Assembly: GCA_009914755.4 (NCBI GenBank)
Contig: CP068257.2
Location: forward strand, 23,776,001-23,840,000
Direction of reading: 5' to 3'
Length of the DNA stretch: 64,000 nt
Source of the DNA: the human T2T-CHM13v2.0 reference genome, Homo sapiens
Shown here: positions 42,879 to 56,444 of the stretch, piece by piece
Numbering within the stretch: position 1 is the stretch's first letter
Layout: every line of letters begins with the position of its first letter
Position numbers and translations under genes: made by a program
Notes under the pieces: generated by a model
Databases searched by the model: none
What the model was told of the DNA's origin: nothing
What the model saw: only the letters and a program-made list of their open reading frames with translations

Positions 42879-43978
42879 CCATGTTTTTAGATTTTGATTT
42901 TTTTAATTTATTGGTATTATTCGTTTCACTCTGATTTTGCTTTTCTAAATCTCACTGTGTATTGTGAACATCCCTCCCATTTGGGACATTTATATGTCCC
43001 AATACAACTAAATATGATTCTCTTTAAGAGCTGCCCCATTTTCCATTGCGTGTGTGTGTGCAAGAACATGCACAAGTGCCATGATTTAATCAGTTACCCA
43101 TTGATGGACATTCAGACAGCTTATGATTTATTGTTACTACAATGATACAAATGGTATTATGTCTATACACGTTCTATATCAAGTGTGATTTTAATATGTA
43201 AGAATTCAATAATTTGAATTCCTGTGTAACATATAGATGTTTTAATTCAAATAGTTGCTGCTAGATTTATTTTCCAAAACAAATGGAGGAATTCACGTGT
43301 CTCTCATAAAAGTGAGGGAATGCTTATATCCTTGACAATTTGCCAGCATTGGTTGTTATTGCTGGTTTGAACATTTGCCAGTCAGACAAGTTAAAAAAAA
43401 ATATATTGTAATTCCAATTCAGTATGAGAATAGAGTAAGGGTAATGATGTCAGTCCCAAACAAAGCAAACAGTGCCCAAGAGCCTGAAATATTTGGTTGT
43501 ACACTGGTATCTCTTTCTCTGCTTGACCCTGGCTCAAAACCTACATTCCTCCATACAGAGGTCTGAGAAAGTTGGAAATATCCTGTGTTTTCCTTAGTAG
43601 TGTTTTCTTTCAGTTCAACAGGATTATGTCAACTGTTATTACAAGGAAAGGCCATCGACACACCAGTGTAAAAAGGAAAAGGTGGGTCCACTGACTAAAA
43701 TTAATAAAAGGGCAAACACACACAGAAACAGCTTTAAAACCTAACAGTCACAATAATACCAAGGAAACTGGCAGGACAGGGCTAGCCTCAATGCTTATAT
43801 ACTCAGGGTATCTCCTGAACTTTTACCACCTAAGTTAAGAAATTAACCACAAGATAGCCTTGCAAAGGTCTAACAGGGGTATTGATATCAGAGTGGGTTT
43901 TAAAAGTGTATTAACTATAATCTTACTTTTAGCCTATTTGATTCTACTTATTTCAGAACTATTAATGACGTTTGTGGA

Positions 43979-44013
43979 GATATATATATATATATATATA
44001 CATATATATACAA
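43979..44013. repeat. (TA)n microsatellite, ~17 units, one interruption
   Basis: atatatatatatatatatatacatatatatacaa. Confidence 0.9.
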
Positions 44014-44227
44014 TCTGGACTATCGGACTATAAGCTTAAAATCAGAAGACTCTTTTATATATTTTTATAATGCCTCAAATCTAGCATAGTATCAGGTACA
44101 GAGTATATGCCCCGAGTCTAGCAAAGTGTCAGTACAGTTCTGTAAATGTTGATTGCAGAAACTGAAAGACCATCAGCATGATAAACCACTGGAAATACTG
44201 ACACAGATCTGTTGACAGATCAGTGCA

Positions 44228-44650
44228 ATGGACTGTATTGTGTTCCAATTCATACGTTGAATTCATATGTTGAAGCCCAAAGTTCATATGTTGAAGCCCT
44301 AACGCCTTATGTGACTATCTGGAGATAGGGTCTTTAGGAGGTAATTAAGGTTAAATAAGGTCATAAGGGTGGGGCCCTAATCTGATAGTACAGTGGCTTA
44401 TATGAAGAGGAAGAGAGAGAGAGACCTCTCTCCTTCTCTCCAGGCACGTGCACCTGAAGAGAGGCGATGTGAGCACACAAAGAGAAGGCAGCCATCTGCA
44501 AGTGAGGAAGCAGGCTTTCACCAGGAACCCAACTGGCTGGCATCTTGATCTTGGACTTCTCAGCCTCCAAACTGTGAGAAAGTAAATTTCTCTTGTTCAA
44601 GTCAACCAGTCTATGGTACTTTGTTATGAATGCCCAATCAGACTAAAACA
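44228..44650 (+). mobile_element. MLT1-type MaLR LTR, sense, with a local triplication of the ttcatatgttgaagccc motif at its 5' end
   Basis: ggactgtattgtgttccaattcatacgttgaattcatatgttgaagcccaaagttcatatgttgaagccctaacgcc...ggaggtaattaaggttaaataaggtcataagggtggggccctaatctgatag...gaaggcagccatctgcaagtgaggaagcaggctttcaccaggaacccaactggctggcatcttgatcttggacttctcagcctccaaactgtgagaaagtaaatttctcttgttcaagtcaaccagtctatggtactttgttatgaatgc follows the MLT1 consensus end to end. Confidence 0.75.
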
Positions 44651-47600
44651 ATCAGAAACCCCATGACAAGTCTAATGCTTTTGATTGGTTTAATGACAAT
44701 GAATGAAAAAAAGAATAATTACTTTTTTCAAATCATTCTGTAATATAGTCATCATCCAAGAATGAATTATAGCACAATACATGGCATGTATGAATTTAAG
44801 AATAAGGACTAACCCAAAGGCTTGAGAATAGAATGTAACAAAGTAGGGAAGTGAGAAAAAAATATTAAAATGTGCCATAAGTCACATTCAACAACAAAAA
44901 AAAATATTTTGTTCTATGTGGAAACTTTTACTCAGCCTACATATTATTTGACTCTAAGTTTGATTAGCTGTGATAAAGTTCGAGAAACATTTTAGCCCCA
45001 TTTTCCTAGAGTTCATCAAAGATTGCTAAAAAATCACATAAGTGTTGCTTTTAAGCTGTAGCCCCAATATGTTTTTCTAAACTGGAATACGGAAACTCAT
45101 CTAGTGTTTCTTATGAAGCACAGGATCCCACCAAGAAAAAGAAATGTCATTTATTTCTCATATTTGTCTCATATTACATTTTTTATAGAAAGTTGGTTAG
45201 AAATTTGCAACCCAAAATTAGCAAGAAAAGTCTATGACAACCTCACCCTCACTATATATTCCTTGAATAAAGGTTGCCTTTATAGAGGAATTAACTGAAA
45301 AATTTGAAACATGCTTTACATATTTACCATTATGATGCCTAAAATAAACATACCAGTGTAGATTCAGAAATCTAGATCAAAGACACCTTTTCACATTTTA
45401 CTCATTTTTTAAGTAGTAAATAGAAGGATGTTCTAAGCAATTAGCCCAGAGATGCTTGACATTTTCACAGCAATCCAATCAACTTAACAGGGACATATTT
45501 GCAATGGCTTGGTTCTTCTGAAGGTAACAACTTTTTCTCTTCTTTTCTCTTTTTCTTTTTTTTTTCTGTTCAAAATTCAGAATTACTTCTCTCACTTGCT
45601 AAAGTGATACCCTTAATTTCTAGGGCATTCTGACATATTTGTCAGCACCATCTCTCCAACAACCTTAAAAATTGTCACAGGGATAAATGAATTTTTGAAA
45701 GCTAAAACTCAAAACTTTATTCTGTCATCCTTTATATACTTTTTTATTGATGATCATGAGCCTTATTAATTGGATTCGTCACCTTTCCCTGTGGCCAAAA
45801 CTTTGAAAGTAGAATTTTGAGTTTTATTCTTTACTATATCATTTTACTCTAAAATATGTTCAAATAGATTTTTCCACACTGTGTAGTACTGTACTGTGTA
45901 AAGAACGTTTGTAACTAGGTCAACATACACTGTTTCTAGGCACCACTAAGGAAATAACTGTGTTATACCCATAATAGAAAATTACCAGAGTAACAGGATT
46001 AAAATGACTCATTAGGCCTTTGATTGGGGTGCTCTGTGCTACAGGTAGTGCCAAATCGAGGGCTCTGAAGACTCATGTTGTGAAAGTTTCCTTGAGAGGT
46101 CAGAAGTCACTCTTTCAAAATACAAAGACTCTTTCAAAAAACAGATGAGTGAGTGCATTGGATCTTGAGAAAATGGAATATGGCCCTTCTTTCTCTCTGA
46201 GAATGAACATGCAGTTTGAGTAGTCTGAATCTTGGAGGAAACAGAAGAAGCTGGTCTACACAACACCTTTCTCTGCATTATCTAGAAAGGTAAAGAATAA
46301 CCAACCACAGCCCTGCAGGGTGACAGCCACCAGAGTGAGACTGACAGGAGGATATTTGGAAGAAGCACCTGAATCCGAAAAGGAAGAATCCATACATCTT
46401 CCATCCCTGTGCCTGAAAAAAGCGACTTTCAGAAAGATCAAGAATTTGGTAGCCTAGAAAAGAGGGATCTCTGCTTTATATACAAATTCTGATACAGTGT
46501 CCTACATGAATGTTTTATTCATTCATTCAGTACTTCTTATTGCTGTCTGTGAACTAGATACTAGAAAAGGATAAAATACTAAACAATCATTTATGACTCC
46601 TGTCCTCATACAGCTCATATCTAACTAGGACATGTAAATTTGGGCACCATTCTGTATGTCTTTCCTTATCTACACAAAATTTGTCAATGCGCCCTACTTT
46701 CTCTATCTTCAAAATAGATCCAGAATTTGGCTGTTTATCACAAAACATCAACTTGGTACACAACACAATAATTTTTGCCTGTATTATTGCAACTACCTCC
46801 TACCTGACCTACTGTTTTATAATAAGTTTGTCCAGCTTCAGCATATTCTCCAAAGAACAGACATAGAGATTCCATGAAAACATAATCTCACTCCTCTATT
46901 CACAACCTTTCAATGGCTTTCCATCTCACTCAGAATAAAAACTAAGAGTCCTTACCATGGTATACCAGGACCTACATGAGCTGGCCCCATTACTTCTCTG
47001 ACTACATCTCCTCCTCCCTCCTCCCTTATTCATTTCACCTTAACTAAACTGGGCTCATCACTTGTCACTGTTCTTTGAACAGAGCAGGCAAGCTCCTTGC
47101 TCAGAGTATTGCACTTCATACACCCTCTGCCTGTAATGTCCTTTCCTCTGCTATCCAAATGATCTCAGGGAGCAATGGAGTGAACATGTAAAAGCTTAAA
47201 ATTTGCATTTCTTTTTAAATGTTTTTCAACTCAAACTGTTCATTATTTGGTACTGACCTCATGCCCAATTTGGTTATATTAGCAAAATTCTTTATTATAT
47301 GAATGCTATACAACTGCTTTAATCCTGGCTTAAAGTCTTTTTCTCCACCTAGAGGGCATATATTCTGACTCTAATTCTAACTATCAACACTGTATACTTA
47401 ATAAATATTCACTTTTGTCAGACCTTAATTTTAACATAAATCATAATTAATACAGCCTCACTGGTGGCATCAATTAAATCCACAAATGCCAAAGTTGAAC
47501 AAATTTTCTTTAAAATTCTATCAATTCTAGATGCAATTTTGCACACATATTTGTCTCCAATACCTCACAAAACCCTACTGATTAAAAAAAGGATACAAGT

Positions 47601-48555
47601 ATAAAATAGAACAGTCATATAAAAAAGATAACGTGGCAGAGAAATGGAGGTGTGTGTGCATATTTTACCAACAAATAAGAAATGTCAACATATTTCTGCA
47701 AGATCAAAAATAAATGGAAATGGGTTGATAAAACAAGCAGGAAAAGTTACTGCAGTAAACTGCTAAGTATCTGCAAAGCTAAAAGCCAATCATATAGATG
47801 AAACATCTTGTATTGTGATTTTCTAGGGCAGTCTTTAACTTATTTTCCTAGAATAATTAATAGAAGCCCCCACTTTTCTCAAAATATGCCTGTTTAGAAG
47901 ACAATTAAATGACCATTATCCCTATGGAAATTCAGTTTTAGTTTCATAAGAAGCAAGAAAAATGTACACTGATTACAGTACAGGTGTTCTAGAAAGAATA
48001 CTAACCCACCTGGCAAACTTCATCAGCTTCTTCCACCCCATTCAGTCACGTGCTTTTGTCTCCTGGGTAAAAATAAAACAAAAGCCTTTTCTTTATAAAC
48101 TGAATGTCTAGGTAAGTGAATGTTTTGAAGGTGAATATTGATGCCCACAGTAAATCTCTCCTCATCTGGAATTTTGAGACCCACAGTCTAGCAGCCTACT
48201 CCTTTTCATCCTGAAGTGAAGAATGCCACTTCCCACTCAACTCTATCACACACAGAGAGAGCTTGCCATCACATCACCACTGCACCAGGAAGCGGGAGCT
48301 GCACTAGCAAGCCAGTCCTCTTCTCTTAAATATGAGTGGCCAACCAATGATCACCAGGCACATAAAGTACACCAGCTGCCTGAGGAGAAAGATCAAAATA
48401 CCAAACAAAATGACTGGTCGCACAGGAAACTCCACTAATTAGACAGTATTTTTATTATTTTACACAGATAGTTTTTGTTTGGGTTTGCCTACATGTTCTT
48501 TCTAAGCTACCCAGTATAGGGTATTTTGTTAGAGCAGCTCAAACAAAGACAGGCA

Positions 48556-48936
48556 GTAATGTGGTTTAGCTATGTCCCCACCCGAAATATCATCTTGAAT
48601 TGCCATCCAACTTGTAATCCCCATGGGTTGTGAGAGGGACCTCGTGGGAGGTGATTAGATCATGGAGGCGGTTCCCCCGTGCTGTTCTCGTGATAGTGAG
48701 TGAGTTCTCATGAGATCTGATGGTTTTATAAGGAGCTTTTCCCCCATTCACTCTGCATGTCTCTCTCCTGCCACCATGTGAAGAAGGATGTGTTTGCTTC
48801 CCCTTCTGCCATGATTTTAAGTTTCCTGAGGCCTACCCAGACATGCTAAACTGTGAGTCAACTAAACCTCTTTCCTTTATAAATTACCCAATCTCAGGTA
48901 TTTCTTCATAGCAGCACGAGAACAAACTAATACAGG
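48556..48936 (+). mobile_element. Solo MaLR LTR (MST-type)
   Basis: atgtggtttagctatgtccccacccgaaatatcatcttgaattgccatccaacttgtaatccccatgggttgtgagagggacctcgtgggaggtgattagatcatggaggcggttcccccgtgctgttctcgtgatagtgagtgagttctcatgagatctgatggttttataagg...ccatgattttaagtttcctgaggcctacccagacatgctaaactgtgagtcaactaaacctctttcctttataaattacccaatctcaggtatttcttcatagcagcacgagaacaaactaatacag. This is the canonical THE1/MST LTR layout (tgatatggtttggctgtgtcccc...gactaatacag). Confidence 0.85.
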
Positions 48937-49269
48937 AAGCTAATACTGATATTTCAGATTTACTACAGAAAAACACACTTGTCATGTATTGGTAGAACTC
49001 AGTGTATTAAGTACTTACTTTGTGTATATTGGATGTTAACTTTTAAGACGATTATATATTAGAATTTAACTTTTCATTGTTATCATTCATTGGTTCATTC
49101 AACAATATTCAGTAGTTGTCCATTATATACAAAGCCATGGCATAGGCACACAATGTAACCTTAAAAAATGTATAGATTACCCTGAAATGTTCCAGGAGGA
49201 ATTTTAAAAGGGTGCAACCAGTTTAAAAAATAGTTTGGCAGTTCTTGAAAAGGTTAATCATATAAGTTA

Positions 49270-49620
49270 CTATAGGACCCAATAATTCTACTCCCAGGAA
49301 TATGTCAAGAGAAACAAACCCATATGTATATTCAAAAATTTTTATGTTTATGCCAGCATTATTCATAATAGCAAAAAAGTGGAAAAATTTCAAATGTCCA
49401 TCAACTGATGAATGGATAAATAAAATGTGGTGTATTCACACAATGGATACTTACTTGGTGACAGAAAGAAGTGAAGTACTAATACCTGCTACAACATGGA
49501 TGAACCTTGAAAATATTTTGCTAAGTTAAACAACATATTGTATGATTCTATTCACATGAAATATCCAGAACAGGTAAAATATAGACACAGAAAATAGATT
49601 AGTATGTGCCAGGGCTGAGT
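49270..49620 (+). mobile_element. Ancient L1 (L1M-type) ORF2 C-terminal / 3' fragment
   Basis: The peptide ...IFMFMPALFIIAKKWKNFKCPSTDEWINKMWCIHTMDTY... corresponds to the L1 ORF2p C-terminus (...CTCMFIAALFTIAKSWNQTKCPS..DWIKKMWHIYTMEY...). Confidence 0.7.
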
Positions 49621-51035
49621 CAAGGAGTCCATTCCCTTACCTTCAAGTTTCCCTTGAGATCAGCACAAGAATGAAATTAAGAAATTCTGTGTTGTGAGAT
49701 CATTAATGCAAGATGTCAATGAATCATAATGTTGATTGTGTAAGTCAGGCAAGATTTTAATGCCCCAAAAGTTATTTTCCATCCATTAAATAAAAGGAAA
49801 GCACTAGTATTCTTTTTGCTTTGTTAAATTATTATCCTTTTGTTCTTGTATTTGTACTATATGAAAGTTCAATAAGTTAGTAGAATAAAATACATTCCTC
49901 AAAAAAAAAATAGGTGTGGAATTTTAGGTCAAAAGTCAAGTACATTATCCTGACTTCTGAAATGTATCACCAATTACTCCCCCAAAACTTTGGACCAATT
50001 TATATGCCCACCAGGGGCTCATGAATGCTTTCATTTTTCTGAAGGCTTACCTACTGTAGATATTATTTTTGCTTATCTAAACCAAGATTTTAAAAACCAG
50101 ATTCTTTAAACAGAGGTTGTAATGACAGAGAAAGTAAATAACAACAAATTATAATGACAAATCATCTGAGCTACTTTAGAGTATATATACCTTCATTCAA
50201 ATCCAACTCTCACTATACGTGGTTAAATCAAGCCAGGATCTGATTATATTTATGATTTTGTCAGATTGTAGCATTTAGAAAAATGGTTAGCTTGTTCTTT
50301 TGAAATATCATGGTGAATACCATGAAGCAATGAATTTTGCTACCACAACTTCTTTTTACATATTTCCCAATGTGACAGGTAAAATATTAGAGTATAATAA
50401 TTTCTCATTGTCCTGCCTTCTGAGTTAGGAATAAATGTTTTTAAACATTGTTCAGCCAATTGGGTCTTTTGATGTAAAGTATGACGTATTTATGACCTAT
50501 TGCTACCTTATAATAACCACAAACTTGGCTACTTTAACCAATCAAATTTATTATCTCACAGTTCTGTAGCTCAGAAGTCTGGTGAGCTCAGCTGTTTTCT
50601 CTGGCCTGGGTTTTATAGGCTGAAATCAAGTTGTTGGCAAGCTGGACTAGTATTCAGAGGTTCTGAGGGAGAATCTTCTTCCAAGCGCATTCAGGTTGGC
50701 TGTCAGAATCCAGGTATTTGGGCTTCAGAGGTGAAGTCTTTGCTTCCTTGTAGGCTGTGAACCAAGAGCCTCTCTCAGAGATATAAGGTGGCCTGAATTC
50801 CTCCATCTCCAGATAAGCTAGTGTGCTTTGAGTCATTATTACACTTGGAATCTCCTTCACTTCTCCTTCTACTGCACCTCTTCTGCCTGCAGCTAGAGAA
50901 AGTTATCTGCTTTTAAGGGATTACATGATTAGAGTGTGTCCATCTTACATCAAGTATTTTTCATCAGATTAAAAATACGGAGATCAATAAGATAGTAATC
51001 CTGCCCCCAAGGAACTCACACACAGTTTAATGGAG

Positions 51036-51400
51036 ATATTACTTTTTAAAATTATACTTTAGATTCTGGGATACATGTGCAGAGCGTGCATGTTTGTTAC
51101 ATAGGTATAGCTGTGTCATGGTGGTTTGCCGCACCCATCAACCCATCATCTACATTAGGTATTTCTTCTAATGCTATCCGTCCCCTAGCACCCCACCCCA
51201 AGACAGGCCCCAGTGTGTGATGTTCCCCTCCCTGTGTACATGTGTTCTCATTGTTCAACTCCCACTTATGAGTGAGAACATGTGGTGTTTGGTTTTCTGT
51301 TCCTGTGTTAGTTTGCTGAGAATGATGGTTTCCAGTTTCATCCATGTCCCTCCAAAGGAGACGAACTCATCCTTTTTTATGACTGCATAGTATTCCATGG
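51036..51400 (-). mobile_element. L1 (L1PA-type) 3' end fragment, antisense, 5'-truncated
   Basis: actttagattctgggatacatgtgcagagcgtgcatgtttgttacataggtatagctgtgtcatggtggtttgccgcacccatcaacccatcatctacattaggtatttcttctaatgctatcc...ctcattgttcaactcccacttatgagtgagaacatgtggtgtttggttttctgttcctgtgttagtttgctgagaatgatggtttccagtttcatccatgtccctccaaaggag..gaactcatccttttttatgactgcatagtattccatggt. The 82-aa minus-strand ORF (MDETGNHHSQQTNTGTENQTPHVLTHKWELNNENT...) is the usual L1 3'-end ORF. Confidence 0.9.
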
Positions 51401-52599
51401 TCTACATCTATTTTTTAAGGAAATAATTCTAGTAGTGTTCTTTGACCCAGTAACTCTATGTTAACATACTAAGGAAATGTTAGATGTAGCTTATATAAAA
51501 ATAAATATTAAAATGTAAAAAATAGGCTATAAAAATTGTCATTATAGCAGAGTATACAACAGCAAAATTGCTAACAACCTAAATGTTCAGCAAAAGTGAT
51601 AAGGTACACCCACATAATGAAGTGCTGTAAAGTCAATTAAAAGTATGTTGTAGATAGGTACTGATTAACATGTAAAAGGTTTTTTTTTTTCCACATCGTA
51701 TGGGTAATGTGTCAACGTTTGAGTGAAGTACATCTCACACATGAATGGGAAGACCCAAGCATCACACTTATGAACTACAAAAGGATCAACATATAAAAGT
51801 AAAACAAATCAACAACAAAATAATATTACAGTGAAGCGTCTGAAAGCACATGCTCCAAAATGTAGGTTTTTTTCTGTCAGTCTGCATCCTTTGACATTTC
51901 CATTATGATCATAAGCTTAGTAATAATAAACTAACAAAAATGTTATTTTTAACAAGTGAAGCTTATATTTCTGTGCTTTTATATAAATTTCCAGAAAGTT
52001 GTTTATCGAATTAGAACAAAAATGATTGTTTATATTTTAGGAAAAATGATAAAATAGCTTTTTATTGGGAGCAAAAAATTAAGACAAAAAATATTCTCCT
52101 TGTCCTCAGATGTTTATATCTCTTGTATTAAAAAAATCATCAGTTTTATTACTTACCAAAAACATAACTAATATCCCCTCCCACCATTATATCATAATTT
52201 TGTTTAAATTATGCACCAAATTTCATTAGTCAGACTCATTCATTTGAAAATGTTGCACAGTTCCACCTCTTCCTTTACCACTACAGAAACTTTATCTGAA
52301 GGTTTTATGTCCAAACATTGGCTAGAGAAACAAACATGATTCTATGGGCTCTGAACATATCAAAGATTACAAAACAATTTGACTTCAAGGGAGAAAGAAA
52401 GTGAAAACTTAGCTTTTGGAGATAAGTATCTATCTGAGACAAATCTGAAATGTACATTTTATCAGATTTTTCTCAATTTCAATTTTCATTGCTTGTATTG
52501 ACTGGCATAGGATGATGTTTTTCATGAAAAATCAAAGGAGGTCTTAGTGATCCAAAGGATTGCAGCATTTGAAATATGTTGTGGATTTACTTGTTGCTA

Positions 52600-52790
52600 A
52601 GTCCTTAATTGCTCCTCAAGCATAAGGAGTAAAAAAAAGTTGGGACACCACCTTCATGATCTCATCTAAACCTAATTGCCTCCCAAAGTCTCCACCTCCT
52701 AATAGCATCCCATTGGGGGTTAGTGCTTCAACATATGAATTGAGGATGCAGTCCATAATACCTAGTTGGTAAGATTGCTTGAGAATTAAA
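52600..52790 (-). mobile_element. MLT1-type MaLR LTR 5'-end fragment, antisense
   Basis: catctaaacctaattgcctcccaaagtctccacctcctaatagcatcccattgggggttagtgcttcaacatatgaattgagg parallels the 33560-33690 copy and the reverse complement of the MLT1 start. Confidence 0.5.
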
Positions 52791-54133
52791 TTGAGTTCTG
52801 CATATAACCCACAGCCTGATATAATAAGGGCCCACACTGGATAGCAATGATTACTGGTAGGGGAAGTTAGTGGGTGAGGGTATGTCAAGAAAACAGTATG
52901 AGCTGTATGAGCAGAGGTGGGAATGGATCATTTGTGTTCAGGCAATGGCAAGCAGGTAAGACCAGCTGGGATGTAATATTCATGTTAGACAGAGGAAGGA
53001 AATATCAGAAGATCTGAAAGTGCATTGGGAAGAACCCTGGATTTCTTTGGATACCTTTTTCTTCCTAATTGTCTAATGTTTCTGGCAAATATTGGCCTCT
53101 ACTTTCTCTCAAAATGCCCATTACTTCCAGAAGAGCAACAGGAGTATTCAAACAACTAGCCAGCAATCATAAAAGTGGAAATTACTTTAGCTGCTCATTC
53201 AGAGCATGTCCTAAAGATAATTGAACTAAGGAAAGCTGAATATTCCCAAGGCAGATGTGCAGTGGAAACCCTAGCCCCAAGAACTCTATTACTGTCTCAA
53301 GAGGATGTGCACAATGAGGCTATGCAGAGAACAACATTACAGAGAGGAACTTAAGCTTCCTTTTCATTAATTTCGGAATGCGAGCTGCCTATCATTATGC
53401 TTTGAAATTGGCCCTGATGGATTTGCGGTTCGTGTTGGAAACATCTTTATTTTAGTAGATAGATCTATTCTTTCAACTCTTTTTGCTTTGTGTTATTACG
53501 ATTAAATATGATAGAATGATGCAGTAAACAAAGCAGGTAAGCTTCAAGTAGCTGAGGTACAAGAAAATAGGGTACATTTACAATCAGGAAATTGATAACA
53601 TTCGTTGGTTCAACTGGCAGGATAGTGGTGTTCTAGATCCTTGCTGCTACTCAAAGTGGGTTCAGAAACCAGCAGCAAGAGTATCACATGAGAATTGTTA
53701 GAAATGCAGTGTCTCAGACATCATTCCACACCTACTGAATCAGAATTTGTATTTTAACAAGGTCCCCTGGTAATTTGTATGTACACTAATGATTGAGAGG
53801 TACTATTAGTTAATAATTGAGAGGCACTCACAATTGTGTTGTTGCTTTAGAAAGGCCCTCCCAACGCTTCCCTGCCCTCCCAACTCCCGTCAGTTAGAAA
53901 TGAAATTCAGCTGCTAGTCACACATTTGGGGTTTTATTTTTCTGATGTATGAAAAGTCAGTAGTTAGTGCAGAGCTGAAAGAGAAGCCCCATAATGTCAT
54001 CAGAAACTCAAGTTCATGCCATCTTTATGATCAGTGATCCTAATATATGTTTGTCACCTAAGGTCACAAGAAGAAAGCTCCAAATCTTGTCTGAGTTCCA
54101 AACAAAATGAAAGAAGTGTAAAATCAAAGTGCC

Positions 54134-56444
54134 TGATACAGTTTGGCTCTGGGTACCCACCCATATCTCATCTTGAATTATGATCCACATTTGTTGACAG
54201 AGGAACCTGGTGGGAGGTGATTGGATCATGGGGGAAGTCTCCCCCCCATATTGTTCACGTGATAGTGAGGGAATTCTCATGAGAGCTGATGCTTTAAAAG
54301 TGTTTGGCATTTCCCTCCTCACCCTCTCTGTCTCCTGTCACCTTGTGAAGAAGGTGCTTTCTTCCCCTTCACCTTCTGCCATGATTGTAAGTTTCCTGAA
54401 GCCTCCCCAGCCACGAAGAACTATACATCAGTTAAACCTCTTTTGTTTATAAATTACCCAGTCTCAGGTAGTACCTTTATAGCAGTGTAAAAATGAACTA
54501 ATACACAGAATTGGGGCAGTGCTATGAAGACACTTGAACATGGGGAAGTAACTTTGGAACCAGTAATGGGCAGAGGTTGGAATAGTTTGGAGGGCTCAGA
54601 AGAAAACAGAAAAATGTGGGAAAGTTTGGAATTCTCTAGTGGCTTCTTGAACGGTTTTGACCAAAATGCTGATAGTAATATGGACAAGGAAATCCAGGTT
54701 GAGGTGGTCTCAAATGGAGATGAGGAATTCATTGGGAACTGGAGCAAAGGTCCCTCTTGCTATGCTTTAGTGAAGAGACTGGCAGCATTTTGCCCCTGCC
54801 CTAGAGATCTGTGAAAATTTGAACTTGAGAGAGATGATTTAAAGTATCTGGCAGAAGAACTTTCAAGCAGCAAAGCATTCAAGAGGTCAATTCTGGCTTA
54901 TTCTGAAAGCATTCAGTTATATATGTTCACAAAGACATGGTTTGAAATTGAAACTTATGTTTAAAAGGGAAGCAGAGCATAAAGGTTTAGAAAATTTGCA
55001 GCCTGTTCATGTGGTGAAAAAGAAAACCCCATTTTCTGAGGAGGAATTCAAGCCAACGAGCTGAATATTAACAGCCAAGACAATGGGGAAAATGTCTCTA
55101 GGGCATGTCAGAGACCTTCAAGACAGCCCCTCCCATCACAGGCCCAGAGGCCTAGGAGAGCACAATGGCTTCTTGGGCCAGCCCAGGGCCCTACTGCTCT
55201 TTGCAGCCTCCAGACATGGTGCCCTGCAAGGCAGCTGCTCAAGCTCCAGCCATGGCTAAAAGGGGCCAAAGTACAGCTTCAGCTGTTGCTTCAGAGGATG
55301 CAAGCCCCAAGCCTTGGCAGCTTCCAAGTGGTGTTGGACCTGTGGGTGCATAGAAGACAAGAATCGAGCTTAGGGAACCTCTGCCTAGATTTCAGAGGAT
55401 GTATGAAAACCCCTAAATGTCCAGGCAGAAGTCTGTTGCAGGGGCAAAGCCCTCATAGAGAATTTCTTCTATGGCAATGCAGAGGGGAAATGTGGGGTTG
55501 GAGCCCAAACACAGAATCCCCTCTTGGGCACTTCCTAGTGGAGCTGTGAAAAGAGGGCCACCATCCTACAGACCCCAGAAGGGTAGATCTACTGACAGCT
55601 TGCACCATGCACCTGGAAAAGCCACAGGCACTCAATGTCATCCTGTGAAAGCAGCCATGGTGGCTATACCCTGCAGACCCACAGGGACGGAGCTGCCCAA
55701 TGCTGTCGGAGCCCACTTTTTACATCAGTGTGACCTACATGTGAGACATGTAGTCAAAGGAGATCATTCCAGAGCTTTAAGATATAATGACTGCCCTGTT
55801 GGGTTTCGTACTTACATGGAGCCTATGCCCCTTTGTTTTGGCCAATTTCTCCCATTTGGAATGGAAACATTTACCCAATGCCTGCAACCCCATTGTATCT
55901 AGGAAGTAATTAACTTGCTTTTGATTTTAAAGGCTTATAGGTGGAAGTGACTTGCCTTGTCTCAGATGAGACGTTGGACTGGACTTTTGGGTTAATACTG
56001 AAATAAGACTTTGGGAGACTGTTGGGAAGGCAGGATTGTGTTTTGAAATGTGAAAAGGACATGAGATTTGGGAATGGCCAGAGTAGAATGATATGGTTTG
56101 GCTCTGTGTCCCCAACCAAATCTGATCTCAAACTGTAATCCCCATGTGTTGAGGCAGGGACCTGGTATGAGGTGATTGGATTATGGGGGCAGTGCCCCCC
56201 ATGCTGTTCTCATGATAGTGAGTGAGCATTCATGAGATCTGATAGTTTTATAAGGGGCTCTTCACCCTTCGCTCTTTGTCTCTCTTCTGCTGCCTTGTGA
56301 AGAAGGCCCTTGCTTTCCCTTCACCCTCTGCCATAATTGCAAGTTTCCTGAGCCATGTGGAACTGTGAGTCAATTAAGTCTCCTTTGTAAATTACCCATT
56401 CTCAGGTAGTATCTTTATAGCAGTGTAAAAATGGACTAATGCAC
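54134..56444 (+). mobile_element. Full-length ERVL-MaLR element (THE1/MST-type): 5' LTR 54134-54500, internal 54501-56091, 3' LTR 56092-56444
   Basis: Both LTRs follow the tgata.agtttggctctg.gt.cccacc.aaatct.atct..aa.tgtaatcc...ggtgggaggtgattggat.atggggg...tgttc.cgtgatagtgag.ga.t.tcatgaga.ctgat..ttt.taa.g...ccatgattg.aagtttcctga.gcc...attaa..ctc.tttgt..ataaattacccagtctcaggtagta.ctttatagcagtgtaaaaatg.actaatgcac pattern. The internal part is homologous to the internal part of the antisense copy at 31.0-33.4 kb. Confidence 0.85.

Noticed and set aside
31046-56444. Inverted MaLR pair interpreted as a composite transposon or inverted-repeat-bounded mobile unit
   Set aside because: The two copies are diverged, independently inserted LTR retroelements. 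They are each bounded by their own LTRs, not terminal inverted repeats of one element. Nothing indicates that the 21-kb interval moved as a unit.
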